Assembly (NCBI GenBank): GCA_030141605.1
Contig: JAQGDQ010000342.1
Coordinates: 189,327 to 253,326 of the forward strand
Origin: Tubiluchus corallicola
Taxonomy: Eukaryota > Animalia > Priapulida
Length of the DNA stretch: 64,000 bases
Direction of reading: 5' to 3'
Within the stretch, counting starts at the first letter, position 1; each line of letters begins with the position of its first letter. A program made the translations under genes and the position numbers. A model generated the notes under the pieces. That model saw nothing but the letters and a program-made list of their open reading frames with translations, did not search any database and had not been told where the DNA came from. Of this stretch, positions 42,685 through 55,324 are shown piece by piece.

Positions 42685-43299
42685 TTTAGAATCAATAAGG
42701 CACATGAAACTCCTTTGAATAAATATTGAATTCTGCAATCACCCTGCTATTTACTAACTAGGTACGGTGTTGCTTAACTTCAGTCTCCAAGCATAATATG
42801 CCACCACTCAGCTATTATCCATATTCAATGGTAGTAATCAGCATCAAAGGTCAAACTGAAGACAATTGGCTTAAGCTTCTTTAACTTCTCTTTGGCAAAG
42901 CTAAACATGGCATCTTAGTTTGTTGCTAAAATTCTTTGCGTGAATCAAATACAGATGAATGGGCGACTTGCAAGTTTGGTTTTCACTTTTATCGCTAGTC
43001 TCACCCTGTTGACTCGATCTGATCTGACTAACCTATTAAGCATACTGACAGATCATCATTTGTGACGTACACAACTAGGGCTAATTAGTGTGCGTAGGTA
43101 TAAGTGGTAGTTGGTCCATTCCTGAGATGTCGGAAGCTAATTTTACAATTTGTGTACTTCTTGTGGAAATATTTCTTAATCTCTATACCAGTGGTGTCAA
43201 GAAATGGTGTCAGACAATCGATCCTAGCAATGCTACATCGAAAATGCATGAGTAACTTCCCATCCTAGAAAAGTCTTCGACTATTGCATTTCGTTTTCA

Positions 43300-45345
43300 C
43301 TGAAGCGTCAATTATAAATCCAGCAAAGACATGGTACTAGCAGATAGCCTATCAAGAATGCCAAAACAAACCAGAGATAGACCAATAAATTTGGTAAGCT
43401 TTGTACAATTTACCACAGTGAGATTACAAGAGCTTTGTGAGATAACTTTTCGAGATGAGGAGCTCAGTACATTCACACATCGAATACTAAGAGGTTTTGC
43501 CGAAAAATTTCATGACATGTCTGAAATAATCAGGAGCTACTGGTCAGTTAGATATCAGCCGAGTATTGAAGAATGTCTAGAGCTGAAGGGTGAGCAGGTG
43601 ATTATCCCAGCAACACCACCTTGCAAAAATCCACGAAGGTCACCTTGCCAGCAAAGAGCAATGTAGTGTCTACTGTATATATCGGCCACAGATAAATGAT
43701 GACATTGAGGGAACTGGATCAGCCATCACAGGCCAAGGAAAACTTAACCAGGGATGTACCTGGTAACCAGTGTGAACCTGACTTAATAAATTTTAATTTT
43801 GTAGCGAAGGTGGCTCCATCTAGCTAGAAAGTTTAAAGTGTGGGCATTGACCTAGTTACGTTTTTCATTATGCTGTTCTGTTGAATGAGTGAACATGTGT
43901 CTTGTACAAGCTAGTGAAATTTTTCATTTAGATGTATGCCGCGTAGTAAACGATGTAAGTTTACTACTATTAATTTTTATTTTTATTTATTCACTGATAT
44001 TTATGAATGGACTAAACTATGTAACAATCTAACTAAATTAGCCAATGTCAGTCACCTTTGCCTTTCTATTTTTTTAAACATTGCAGAAAGCCAGATCAGT
44101 GGTTTGTATGAAAATTCAACTGAGACTTTTAAAGTGGTCATAAATGCCTCTCAGAGACACTAACAGTAACCAAGAAGATTTTTACTCTGTTTGGAATATC
44201 ATATACGATAATCTCGGATAATTGTCCTCAATTTGTTGATCAGCAAATGGTAAAGGAACTTTGATCAGCCATATTACTACTCGCCATTGCACTATCAGTC
44301 ACATTGATTTTTTTGAGAAATTTGTAAATACAGCAAAAGGACTTATCAAAAAGTCGTTAAGAAACATTGAATCAGCTTTGTTAACTTATCGCACAACTCC
44401 TTTAGGTACAGGTAGGCAATCACAAACAGACGTTTGATTTGGTAGGAAGATTAAGCATAATCTGCAGGTAAAAAGTCAAGCAACAGAACAACATCGTATG
44501 AACCTTGAAAAGCAATTGCAACACACGAAGAGTTATTCTGATCAGCGGAGCTGAGGCTGAACCAGGATGATGCAAAGAAAGTTTGGACACCAAGCAGAAT
44601 TGCAGGATTTGGACTTGAACCTAGATCATACAATGTTCTGTCACAGGAGGAACACTGAAGAGAAACAGACTTTTCATACACCCCACGACAAGTTTTTAGC
44701 TTGCAAATTTTGTACACAAATTTCTTGTGCAAAATTGTACTGTTTGCACTTGAATGGTAGAACACTGGTTAAATTTGAATTTGACAGTTTAGCAGTATCT
44801 TATTTTAACATAGTGCTGTGAATTACGGCGAATAGCTAAAACGTTCCATTTAAAGCTCAGCTTTTGTTAAAACTTAATTTTCAGTTTATACATTACATAT
44901 GTGTTCTTTTTAAACAGTTGTCAGTTTCTTGTCAGAGTTTGACATTTGGTTATTAATTAGTGTTTTGGTGTGCCGTATTTTTGCACAATGCGAATTTGTG
45001 TGTACAAGTTAGACATTGGTTTGAATACTTTTGTAAAGGTTAAAACATTAGTGTTCTGCTTAATTTGATCTAAATTGAGATTGCGACTTTCCTTTGCGTA
45101 CTGTTATAGATGGCACTAGTTTTCAGTTAAATCAGTTTAGTCTAGTCGCCTATTAAATGTTTAATATCTACATAAGCTAGCGAAACCGCATTTATGGTCT
45201 TGTACTTGTAGATGTGAAATTACAGCTTAAAAAAAATTCTGAACTCCCATTTTGCTATCTTCTTAGGGAGGGGGGTGTCTTATTATTGTAATATCGTAGT
45301 TTTTGAAAATCTGATTATTGTTAGCGCCATCTATTGTCTATGTAT
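43300..45345 (+). mobile_element. Decayed Ty3/Gypsy LTR retrotransposon 3' part (pol fragments, PPT, start of LTR)
   Basis: KDMVLADSLSR (end of RNase H), YWSVRYQPSIEECL...VIIP, integrase fragments (DNCPQF, ALLTYRTTP), and polypurine GGGAGGGGGG followed by TG at ~45276. Frameshifts and stops throughout; interrupted by the family C element. Confidence 0.7.
43768..44163. mobile_element. Family C element, copy 2, inserted in the Gypsy pol remnant
   Basis: Matches 24141-24525; GTAAC occurs on both flanks. Confidence 0.7.
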
Positions 45346-46335
45346 ATAACAAATAAACAGAAATTTTAAATTTTGGAATTAGCCACTGTACGGCGCCGAG
45401 TAACCCACAAGCCGAAGTAGGACACTTCTGGTAAAACGCATGTGCTAAATTTGCGGGAAAGCAGTGTCGTACATGGCCAGTCCAAGTAGGACAAAAGCGA
45501 TTTTTGTTGAGAATCGATAATTTTGCTTGTTGGTTGAGTTGTCATCAGTTTGGCGTCATGAAAACTTGCTTGAACAGGTGTTTAACTCAGCGTGCAGTAC
45601 GCAGGTATTGTTTTGCGGTGACTTTGGTAACTCTTTCACTGAACGAGGGTTTGTTTGGTAACAAAGCAGCACATTTAGCACTCTAGCATTGTTCAGTAGT
45701 ATGGTTATAATAGTGGTGAAATGAAACAATACATGTCAAACAATACGTGTTATGCAGCCTGTTATGAGTGCTAATGATGATACCAAATTGATGGCTCACC
45801 TCCTGATTGGATGTTACCGACTCTGTAATGACTCTTTTACAGGCATTTTCTGGATGAAAGGGTTCAATTTTGGGCAAATTTCATCATTTTTCTCTTGCTA
45901 GGGGAACCCCTGCTCGATTTGACTGCGATATTAGATTGTAAAGGCAAGAGCAAGAATCTTTTCGTTTTGTTTCAATTTCAAAAAATAGTAGCTACTATTT
46001 TCGTATTACGTGTCGTGATGTTGGTGAAACAGTTGTTTCTTTATAAAGCGGTAATTAGCAAAGACAAAAATAGTTGTTTGTGTTAAAAGCAAAAAGCTCT
46101 AAAATACGCAGTACTGTAAATTAAAATTTGTGAATTTTCTGAAGTTGATATAGTAGATGGTAGCAGAGACAAAGTGGAGGTAGTGAAATAGTATCTAAAG
46201 CTTTGATAAATACATATTGTTTACCTAATTCTGTAACCTAGATTTTTTGGAATTTGATGTTACTTTCTAGTGGACATTAAAAGGATCCTTTTAATTTTCT
46301 TTTAAATCTACTGTTTTAGTGCAAACCTTTCAATC

Positions 46336-46800
46336 ATGGAGAACTTCAAGGCGAAAATGGCCAACGAAATTCTCGCATTAGAAAAAGCCAAGAACTCTGT
46401 CATCGTTAGTGAAGCAAAATATGTTGAGGTGGTTCGATATCTGAAATGGAAGAGAGGAGATCTAAGAGAGGCAAATCTGAAGTGGAGCGACTTTGATAGG
46501 AACATCATCAGATGCTTTACTGATACAAAGAAGCTTGTGCTGGTCAAGTTACCTGATTTAGGACTGCAAGACGTTCTGGCTGTTCGTAAATCAGATGGGG
46601 AGAAATGGTTGGGAGAGCATTAGCAGCATCTGCAGTCAACGTTTATGACTCCCTGGCGGTGAAACCATCGCGGCAGCTATTAAGGGGCATTGCCAACTTT
46701 GTTCACACACATCAGAAAACACTGCAGGTGAACGTAATTAATGTTCAACAGCAAGGGCCTGGTGACTGTGGAGTGTTTGTCATAAACTATTTTTTATGTG
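46336..46800 (+). pseudogene. Transposon-associated fragment with a Ulp1/C48 cysteine-protease-like motif
   Basis: VNVYDSL...VINVQQQGPGDCGVF matches the YDS...Q..Q...DCGVF signature of Ulp1-like peptidases; frameshifted relative to the upstream ORF. Confidence 0.5.
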
Positions 46801-46920
46801 AACTGATTGTTGGTCATTCGACCAGGAAACATTTGCACTGGCAACGAAAACAATTCGAAGAACGTGGACGCTTCAAAAGTGGTGACAAACATTATCAAGT
46901 CTACAAAACGTTGAGGTAAA

Positions 46921-47700
46921 ATGGCGACTTACTCATTACCGAACTTTAAAGAATTTTGATTCGTCTGATAAAACCAACATTGCCCAGTGATGGCAAAAAG
47001 ACGTCAAACGTTTCAAGAACTCATTGATGGCACTTGCTATCGACAATGATGAACGTAAATTAGTGCTGCTACTTTACTACGCAGGGGAAGGTGTTCATAG
47101 CATATACAAGTAGTGCCAGCTCATGCAACAGAGAACACACCTGCAGGTTTTGAATGCATATTTTGCACCTCACAAAAATAGTGAATATGCCATTTATTTG
47201 TTTCGTGAAACAAAGCAGGAACGCAACAAGACCCTCGACCCCTATCACACTAGACTACAGGAAATGGCAGCTCGCTGTGAGTTCGCCAATAAGAACAGAG
47301 AGATAAAATTTCATATGATACGTACACGTATCAACAACAAGCTGCATAGAGAAGCACTCGAGAATGACACCCAAAATTTTTTTGCAGCATGGGCGTGCAA
47401 TGGAATTATCATACCAACAAGCAACAACGATGGAACGAGAAAATCAAGCATTTGCAAAGCACATTGATCAACGACAACAACATAAACGTGGTGACAACAT
47501 CGCTGGCACAAAAGACAAACATAAAACACCAAATCATGCTAAAACGCTGATGACTGCGATGACAAAACAAGATCAAGATGTACGTTCTGTGGTGGCAAAT
47601 ATCATGATGATGGTCTTGCCAACTGTCCAGCACGTGCGAAAAAATGCCATTCGTGTGAAAAACTAAATCGCTCTAGTAAAGTACGTATTTCTCGTAAACG
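46921..47700 (+). mobile_element. Decayed Gypsy-type gag
   Basis: MATYSLPNFKEFD...W...F...LLLYYAGE, YFAPHKNSEYAIYLFRETKQ...YHTRLQEMAARCEF and a degenerate zinc knuckle; contains stops and frameshifts. Confidence 0.65.
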
Positions 47701-47717
47701 TAACAAACGGCATTCGA

Positions 47718-48120
47718 TGTGGAAGTTTGAATTGTACATTATGATTAGGTGCTGCCATCTATGGGCTAATCCTGTTACATTCTACCAGCTGACTTACCCC
47801 CAGTATAATTGTATGGTCCAGTGAATGCATACACACTGGTCCTCTCCCTATTTTAAAGTAATGGTTGTTGTGAAGCCTGTGCAAGTCTGCATAGGTCACC
47901 TATACCTACATATACTGACTGGTTTTGCTTTCTAGTCACTCTCAGTGTTCAGTGCAGGACTCTGTCACTCTCTCACTCTCAGTGTTCAAGTTTAATAAAC
48001 ACTTTTCTGTTGTGTGCAGTGCAAATATGTATTATAGATTTTTTATTCTTGTTCATACTTCTGTGCCTAAACTCAATCATAACAAAGTGAGTGAACAACA
48101 ACTTCAAAATGACTTTCACA
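47718..48120. mobile_element. Solo LTR (family B, copy 2) inserted in the gag/pol remnant
   Basis: TG...CA ends, homologous to 23038-23490; imperfect flanks TTCGA/TTCAG. Confidence 0.72.
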
Positions 48121-48269
48121 TTCAGTGAAAATGAGTGGATGAACAAACAAGTGATTCCAGTGATGATGCTGATAATTTTAGTATACGCAGCATCCGAAAA
48201 TGTTCGAACGACGACCCGATCATGATGAATATCAATGTTGATGGTCGTGATTTATCCATGGAGCTGACC

Positions 48270-50129
48270 AAACAAGGTTGTGGGAAGGTGTACATGAAAT
48301 GTTACCTTGCCGTCTTCATTTGGAACCGGTTGGCATGGACATCGATCGACTTTCATGGACGAGAAGGAGGATTCCTGCTCAGGTAGAGGTGACAACAAAC
48401 AATGGATCCAACTTCACTGAAGGGGCTAGAGGGCTACACGAACTGGTCAAGCATATAAATTGGGAGCTAGTTCAGGGGAAAATACTTGGCAACCAGAATA
48501 CAGAGAGAATAATGTGGAATTTTTGAAATATTGGTGTAAAGAGCGAACAGAGCACTACAAATCATCAATGGAAAAGGAGACATCAATGATGAGGAATTCC
48601 ATACCTTTGTCGTGGAAGCAGAAGGCTATCTAAACTCCAGGCCACTTAATTTACCAAGAGTTGATCCACGTGATGAGCTCCCACTCACCCCTAAATTTTC
48701 TGCATGGTCACTTAGTAGGACAACTAGCACCACCATCTGCAGACAAACAAGCATTTAACCTGTGATGCAGATATAGATGGGTTCAAGAATTGCTGTGACA
48801 CTATTGGAAGAGGTGGCAACAAGAGTTATTGGCCTTGAATTGCTGTGACACTATTGGAAGAGGAGGCAACAAGAGTTATTGGCCTTGAATTGCTGTGACA
48901 CTATTGGAAGAGGAGGCAACAAGAGTTATTGGCCTTGAATTGCTGTGACACTATTGGAAGAGGTGGCAACAAGAGTTATTGGCCTTGAATTGCTGTGACA
49001 CTATTGGAAGAGGAGGCAACAAGAGTTATTGGCCTTGAATTGCTGTGACACTATTGGAAGAGGTGGCAACAAAAGTTATTGGCCTTGAATTGCTGTGACA
49101 CTATTGGAAGAGGAGGCAACAAGAGTTATTGGCCTTCCTCCACAACCAGAAGTTTCATGAGAGAAATTAAACCTTAAACTCGCTGATGCTGTCATTATGG
49201 CGGACCCAGATGGCAACTTCCAAGAGGCCAATTATCAAGAAGGAGATTGTTAGGAAAAAAACAGACATTATACTAGAAGCAATGATCACAGTTCTAAAAA
49301 TAAGCCACATCTCAGGACAGGTGAAGATGGTCTGGCAAAAGCTGCTCAAGTCAGGACACTGAAAAGAAATTTCATTCGTCCAGCTAAGCACAGTAATTTT
49401 GTATGCATGTAACATGATTGATATTTCATATGTAATTGCTTTTTTTATGAAAATTGAACAAGTAACTAGAAAATTGATCAAGAGGGGACTGTTGTGAAGA
49501 AAATGATAAATATTGTAGCGGGTCGCAGAACTAAACCATCACAGGCTTCGTGAAAATGCAGTGTATTGAATGTAAAATTGCGTGGGCCAATCAGAGCTCA
49601 GTTTTCTAGGCCAATTTTCTCGAGCGCATAACCTGTTCTCGTAGATTCGAGGGCAGTGCGTTCTCGGCCATGTTCGGCTTCGGTTTCATTTTGTTTTTCT
49701 CTTCTTGGTTGCTGTTCTTAAGTCAGTCGTGATTCAGTAATTTTTGGTTTAACCCTTTGGTTTGCATTTCAACTCAACGCGTAAGTGTCAGCTATAAACT
49801 GTTGCTAAGTGTTTCATTTTACTGTTTTTCTTTCTTTTCTTTTTTTATAATTTTCCTTAGTTAATTATGTATCCTCGCTATCATAGACGGCATCACACTT
49901 ATACTAAAAGTAGGTTCACAGCCGTCAACAGAAGGCTCTCTTTGCTTCGCTGATTTAGCACGACGAGCGTACGCTGTAATTTGCCTTGCAGTGGACATAT
50001 AATAAAGTTTTTCACATTTGTTGGGATTTTGCAGTATCATTCCCTTTGCATGCCTTATTTATTTGTAAATAAGAGTTAGGCTAGCTTTGTTGAAAATGTA
50101 AGAACGCATTTATTTAGTCTTACATAACA
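48270..50129 (+). mobile_element. Decayed BEL/Pao retrotransposon 3' part: integrase region, PPT and 3' LTR (49490-50129)
   Basis: KCYLAVF, NNGSNF, INDEEFHTFVVEAEGYLNSRPL and YWKRWQQELL motifs. AGAGGGG PPT precedes TGTTGTGAAGA; the LTR ends TCTTACATAACA (inverted termini) and contains AATAAA. Confidence 0.75.
48787..49136. repeat. 50-bp tandem repeat, 7 copies
   Basis: Unit GAATTGCTGTGACACTATTGGAAGAGG(T/A)GGCAACAAGAGTTATTGGCCTT. Confidence 0.97.
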
Positions 50130-51246
50130 TGGAGTAGCGCCACGAGTACAGTCTCCGACATAATCTGCAGAGCTTTTCATAACACTTTACCAATCTACTT
50201 TCTGCTGTTAAAGAGCTTTAAAAATTTGTATGGAATTTAATGTAATGCTTTCACTACAGATACATTCAGCCCAAATGCTTGCATAATTTGTTGATGTAGC
50301 AATAAAAAAATCCATCGTTGCAGCACTACGCAATGCCAGCGTTCTATTTACTCATTGAGGCAAGATAAACAGCTCAGTGGAGTGATCATTGTGCAGTTAG
50401 CAACTGAAGTTAAGCAATGATAAGGCTCGTCAGAAAATGAATGGATGACTACTATGTTCAATCCACTTTTGGATACTTACATCTGTCATAACGTCCGCTA
50501 ATATTTACCTCAGTAAGAGATGATGTATATGCGCCCAAATGTGACTAAGACACATTTGCCAAACAAGTGTGTGAATTCATGGTTTTAGAACGGATTATCC
50601 TAATGGGATACGTTGCGGAACGGGTGCTGCCACTGACTGCTGGATACCAGATTGCACAACGTTCAACTGAATAATAAGATTTACCCTCGATAGCATCCTA
50701 TAATTTAAGTACTCTCAAAGCAAGTACACCAGAGATTTTGCTCCCGGCATATTGTAAGTGTGCAATGTACCTAAAACGGCAACATCACCACAAAACTGAA
50801 TGTTCCCTCATACAAGTTAAATACTATTATACATCAAATACATCTGAAAATGCACTCAAGTAGACCAGTATACGTGGTTAATTCTATCAATATAATACAG
50901 TTCGAGATATCGTTACTTTATGATACATTAGATCTATATTTTCCACGTGCACAAGCACACATTACCCGTGTTAAACATTTAAATTAAATAACTTTGATAT
51001 ACTATATACAGTCAACATGATTACACAACAACCGAGTACACTGTTTAATACTCACTGCTTAGCAACAGGTTAGTTACCATACTGTTACTGTGACGGAGAC
51101 CGCACAGAATAGCTCATAAGCATACCATATGTTTACAACCCGGAATGGATATTCCATACATTCATCTTGGACTCCTAAATGCCGATGTTACCCTCCGGTC
51201 CCAGATGGGAACTAGTCCGATGTCAGATGGGAACTCGTCAGTCGTC

Positions 51247-54200
51247 TCAGTTAGCTTTCTCTCTTTCTGCTCGCCTTTCCGCTTCATCGATACTGACGAC
51301 AGCTTGGGCAGCGGGAAGGAACTGGATGAGACTGATGATGGTTTTCAAGATGGCTACAGGTGCACTGAGTACGCACAACACCTGCCACAGTCCAATGCCA
51401 AACACTGGAAAAAAGTAAACAGAGATTAGCTTAGGTTCTCACAACTAAACATGATTGTCCTTGCATCTGTGTTACAGAAAGTTTCACTACAAAATTACAA
51501 TCACCGTATCATGTAGATTTTGAAGTTTTCAAACCCGATTAGCTCTTCATATAACTTTTCACGTTGTTACTAGAATATTTCCAAAGATTCACCATATAAG
51601 TGGAGTCACCTGGGTTCGATATTCGCTTTGGACGGTTTCACTAAGTTCACCATACTAATCTTATTGTTTAACTTGCAGCAAGACAAATGTATTCGCACCC
51701 AAATGAGGCTAAGGTGTCTCTACTGGTTCAGTAGCTCATTTCAAAGAATTAGCATTGATAACGAGCAAATATATTGGTTTTGCCACAAACAATGGCATTA
51801 ATATTTCTGGCAAAACTTTGGAACTTTGCTCATTATCAAAAATAATACTAACGGTCGACACTCACAATGAATACTGCTGTTCAGCCTTCTACACGAAGCA
51901 TTGGTTGCGTAATGCATACCAAGTACTTTTATTAGTATGCTTTACACTGATGTATTACAATAGTGTCTTCAGCATGTGAAAGTAATTTAGGTGGTAAATA
52001 TTTCTTTATTAATTAACATTTCTTGCAACAACTGCTACCATGCCTACCACAGATTAGTCAGCACATCACATAGATGGATAATAAGCATTATATCGAACAA
52101 CTGATAATTGATACAAACCTAAATACACATTGAGCAAGACTAACCTATTTGCGAACGTCTAGGTGTCGCCAAATGCAACATACTAATATAATGGTGACTA
52201 CAGACAGTATACAGCAGGGGTGTGCAAACTGCGGCCTGCCGAGAGAATTTGTGCGCCCGCGAAGAGATTTGTCAACCTAATGAAAGTGCGGCCCGGGCGA
52301 TTAATTGAGTGTATCCAGCTGAAGTCCGTGCCAAAGATAGTGCGGGTAGTTTTTTCTACTAGATAGGGTGCCATTAACCCTTACAAGATGGTTGTAGGTT
52401 AATGTCACTGTACTACACAGACTGTGTGATACACATTACTAATATGCATTGTAATGAAATTACCACTATCTGTCCTGAAAGTAGAAATATATGGTCTGTA
52501 ATATAAATTTTAATAACTTCTAAAATAGTTTCTTGAGTGTAGTAGTAACGATGTATGCAGGTCGGATGCAAAAAAATCGTTATTAGGCCTTTCTGTACTT
52601 GGCTCCTCGATCAAACTGCCTGTGGCCCGCAGGAATTGAGGGAAAGTTTAATGTGGCCCGGCTAGTCAGATAATTTGCACACCCCTGGTATACAGTGACA
52701 ATTATATATACATGCAGGCCGATATATATTCCAATTGTGCATTGCAATGCCATTACATGGTCTAACAGAGATTAAAAGTTTGAACACTCAAGATTATAAT
52801 GTAAATACTGTATTTGTACTTACACGTTGGACCAGCAGTAAAATGACACAAGTACAGCATGCTGTAGAACAACTCGTTCCCACCACACATGAAAAACAGG
52901 AATGGCTGCAAGGAGAAAAAAAACTCGAATGAGTCCTTAACATCACAGTCATTATTAACAACAAAATTTACAAAGACCATCGACACGTTAAATATAGACA
53001 TAGGAAAGTTCAAATGTGACTTAGGTCAAATGTAGACATAGGAATTTCGGATGTGTTTTGGTTACTCAAATGTAGATGCAATTAACGTTAAGAATGTAGT
53101 GGAATTGGTTCCCACTTCCCAATGAACAGTGAATCACTAATTAGTTTTTCAAGTAATGCATTAGCACTGCATTAATGAATTAGTTTCTCTCAAGAAATAT
53201 TGTTTATTTTAAGAATGTATTGTTTTCTCTAAGAGTTCCAATGGTATGTAAAGTTTGCAGAACATTAGTGAACTATTAGTAGGCCTATAACGTTGTTAGT
53301 TTAACATAAGAGCAATTATTTAATTGAAATTAAAGAAGATTAAATTTAACATCCTTAAGCTTTACCACCTCTCCACATTTGAGATACCAATGTCACATTT
53401 GACTTGACATGTGTCTACATTTGATTTACCAAAAATGCTTAAGATTTGTTGAAAACCATTGTTAACACATTTGAACTACCAAAGTCTAGATTTGAGTTAC
53501 CAAGACACATTTGAATTACCTAAATCTACATTTGAGTTAACGTAGGTCTACATTTGACATGTAAAACCTATAATACAACAAATGAGCAAAAAATTAAATT
53601 TAACTCTTAGTGGAAAATATGAAAGTAAAAACTGCATTGGCATACAGACCTTGTAAGTGTAGTAGAAATGGAGAAGTTTATTGCCGGAGACGTCGATTAC
53701 TTTATGACTAACTGCACCTTTCATGGTCGAACTGAAAGCAACAGAAACAATAGAGACAAACATGAATGAAATTTATCTGTTGCTGCAAGTAAATCCTAAA
53801 TCGAATCGTGGTTCAGAGAAAGAAAAAAGTGAAACTAGTGATGAATTAAACTAAAACGAAAAAAGAGTTAATGAATTTCCATCAGTACTGACCTTGGTCA
53901 ATATTTAACTTTATTATAATCAGTATTTCAACCCTGACTATATATATATAATAATCTTTATTTGCCATTAAAATACATTGATAATCACTGATAAAAACTT
54001 TACAGAGATAATCAATCAATGTTAGTTAATAAAAACTTAGACAGCTGAAGACAAATGCGTCAGTGCAATCTAAACTACTGTGCAGTAATGGAAAGTAACG
54101 ACGAATAAAATCAAACGTATTTACAACTAAAGGACTTAAAGGACTCACTAGCGGAACTAAAGGATTTCTAGGCAGACAAAAAGTGAAATTCAGGAAACTT

Positions 54201-55324
54201 TTACAAACCTATGAACAATGTCTCAAAGCTTGTTATGAGTGTTTCGGCTTAACAAAACAATCGCAGGGAGAAAATAAACTAGGGAATAAGGGTATATACA
54301 TTAGAAAGTTAAGCTTTGTCACAGCTGGCCGCAGCAAAACTAATGAAAAGATTTGGAAAGTGATGCACAGATGCTTATCTCTGTTGCCGAGTGCAACATC
54401 CGAGGCTCTGCGGTTGAAAACAGTCATCAAAAAGAGAAAAATTGGTAAACGAAAAACGTACCTGTGCAGATGTAACCAATGGCTTGCGATGTCAATCGTG
54501 GAGCTCATCTGAAAGCAGAACATCCATCTTGGATAGAAGCAAGATAATGCCACCAGCAGACACATGGTGGCGCACCGATCTGTCAACATATCCAGCATGG
54601 CTCCAAACTTTGAACCTGAACAAACGTAAAACACCGTAGAAAAATGAAAATTTTCAGTTTTTCCAAAATATGCACAGACAATCAAGAGTGCAAGTTTTTT
54701 TGTTCCAAATAAGTCTAACGTTGATAATCTTATTAAAAACTGGTCTCATTTTATAAAAAGAATGAAAAACATTATAGCCAATGAAAAAACTAAGAACTAA
54801 TCTTGGTGTTGCAATGCTTTAATAATTTTCCTCTGAAGGCACATTTATGCCTCCACTGAAACTTCAACCCAAGACCTGCTTTCCGGGTGGCTATACTATA
54901 ATAAAACCTATAACTTAGAGATGGAAAAAATACAAAAGCAGATACTGAAATTGTTCTAGCAAAAATAGATATCCTTACACTGGTTGAAATAGCGAGCTGC
55001 ATCTCCATCAAACTTGTCAAGAAATTCACTTAGAAGATAACACCAAACAGCAACAACGTAGTTAGTTGACATATACCACACGGCAATGACTAGTAAAACA
55101 ATGCGAACATAGCCTGCAAAAAACAATAGATGTAAAAATGACTTATAATCTTAACTTGAAGACTGCTTTAATATTATTGACTGAAAGTAAAATACAATAA
55201 AGTAATACCACACAGTCCTACCAATTAGGTTTGGCACAAAGAGGAATACGCTGATGTCTTTCTTCTGAATTTGATGCACGAAGCTGTTTCCTGCACTTTC
55301 ACTTCCGTCATCTCTATCGGCCAT
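51247..55324 (-). CDS. CDIPT: CDP-diacylglycerol--inositol 3-phosphatidyltransferase (phosphatidylinositol synthase), 6 exons, 237 aa
   Basis: Exons (-): 55222-55324 (MADRDD...VFLFVPNLIG), 54979-55113 (YVRIVLL...LDKFDGDAARYFNQ), 54462-54615 (SKFGAMLDMLTDRCATMCLL...IDIASHWLHLH), 53650-53731, 52824-52905 (FLFFMCGGNELFYSMLYL), 51247-51404. GT-AG boundaries, consistent phases, CDP-alcohol phosphotransferase motif; total 714 nt. Confidence 0.94.
52215..52687. mobile_element. hAT-like MITE (family D, copy 2)
   Basis: TIRs CAGGGGTGTGCAAA / TTTGCACACCCCTG with a perfect 8-bp TSD GTATACAG. Confidence 0.88.
52985..53572. mobile_element. MITE family A, copy 4 (left end degraded)
   Basis: Right TIR ...CTACATTTGACATGTAAAACCTA and internal sequence shared with the other copies. 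Confidence 0.8.
53940..54128 (-). mobile_element. LINE 3' UTR fragment (same family as the 31.3-31.8 kb copy)
   Basis: Reverse complement matches 31640-31830, including the AATAAAGATTATT tail. Confidence 0.7.

Noticed and set aside
50395-50455. Further 5S-like fragments (also ~42750-42785)
   Set aside because: Only the GAAGTTAAGCAA core matches; too degenerate to call beyond a possible ancient 5S-SINE relic.
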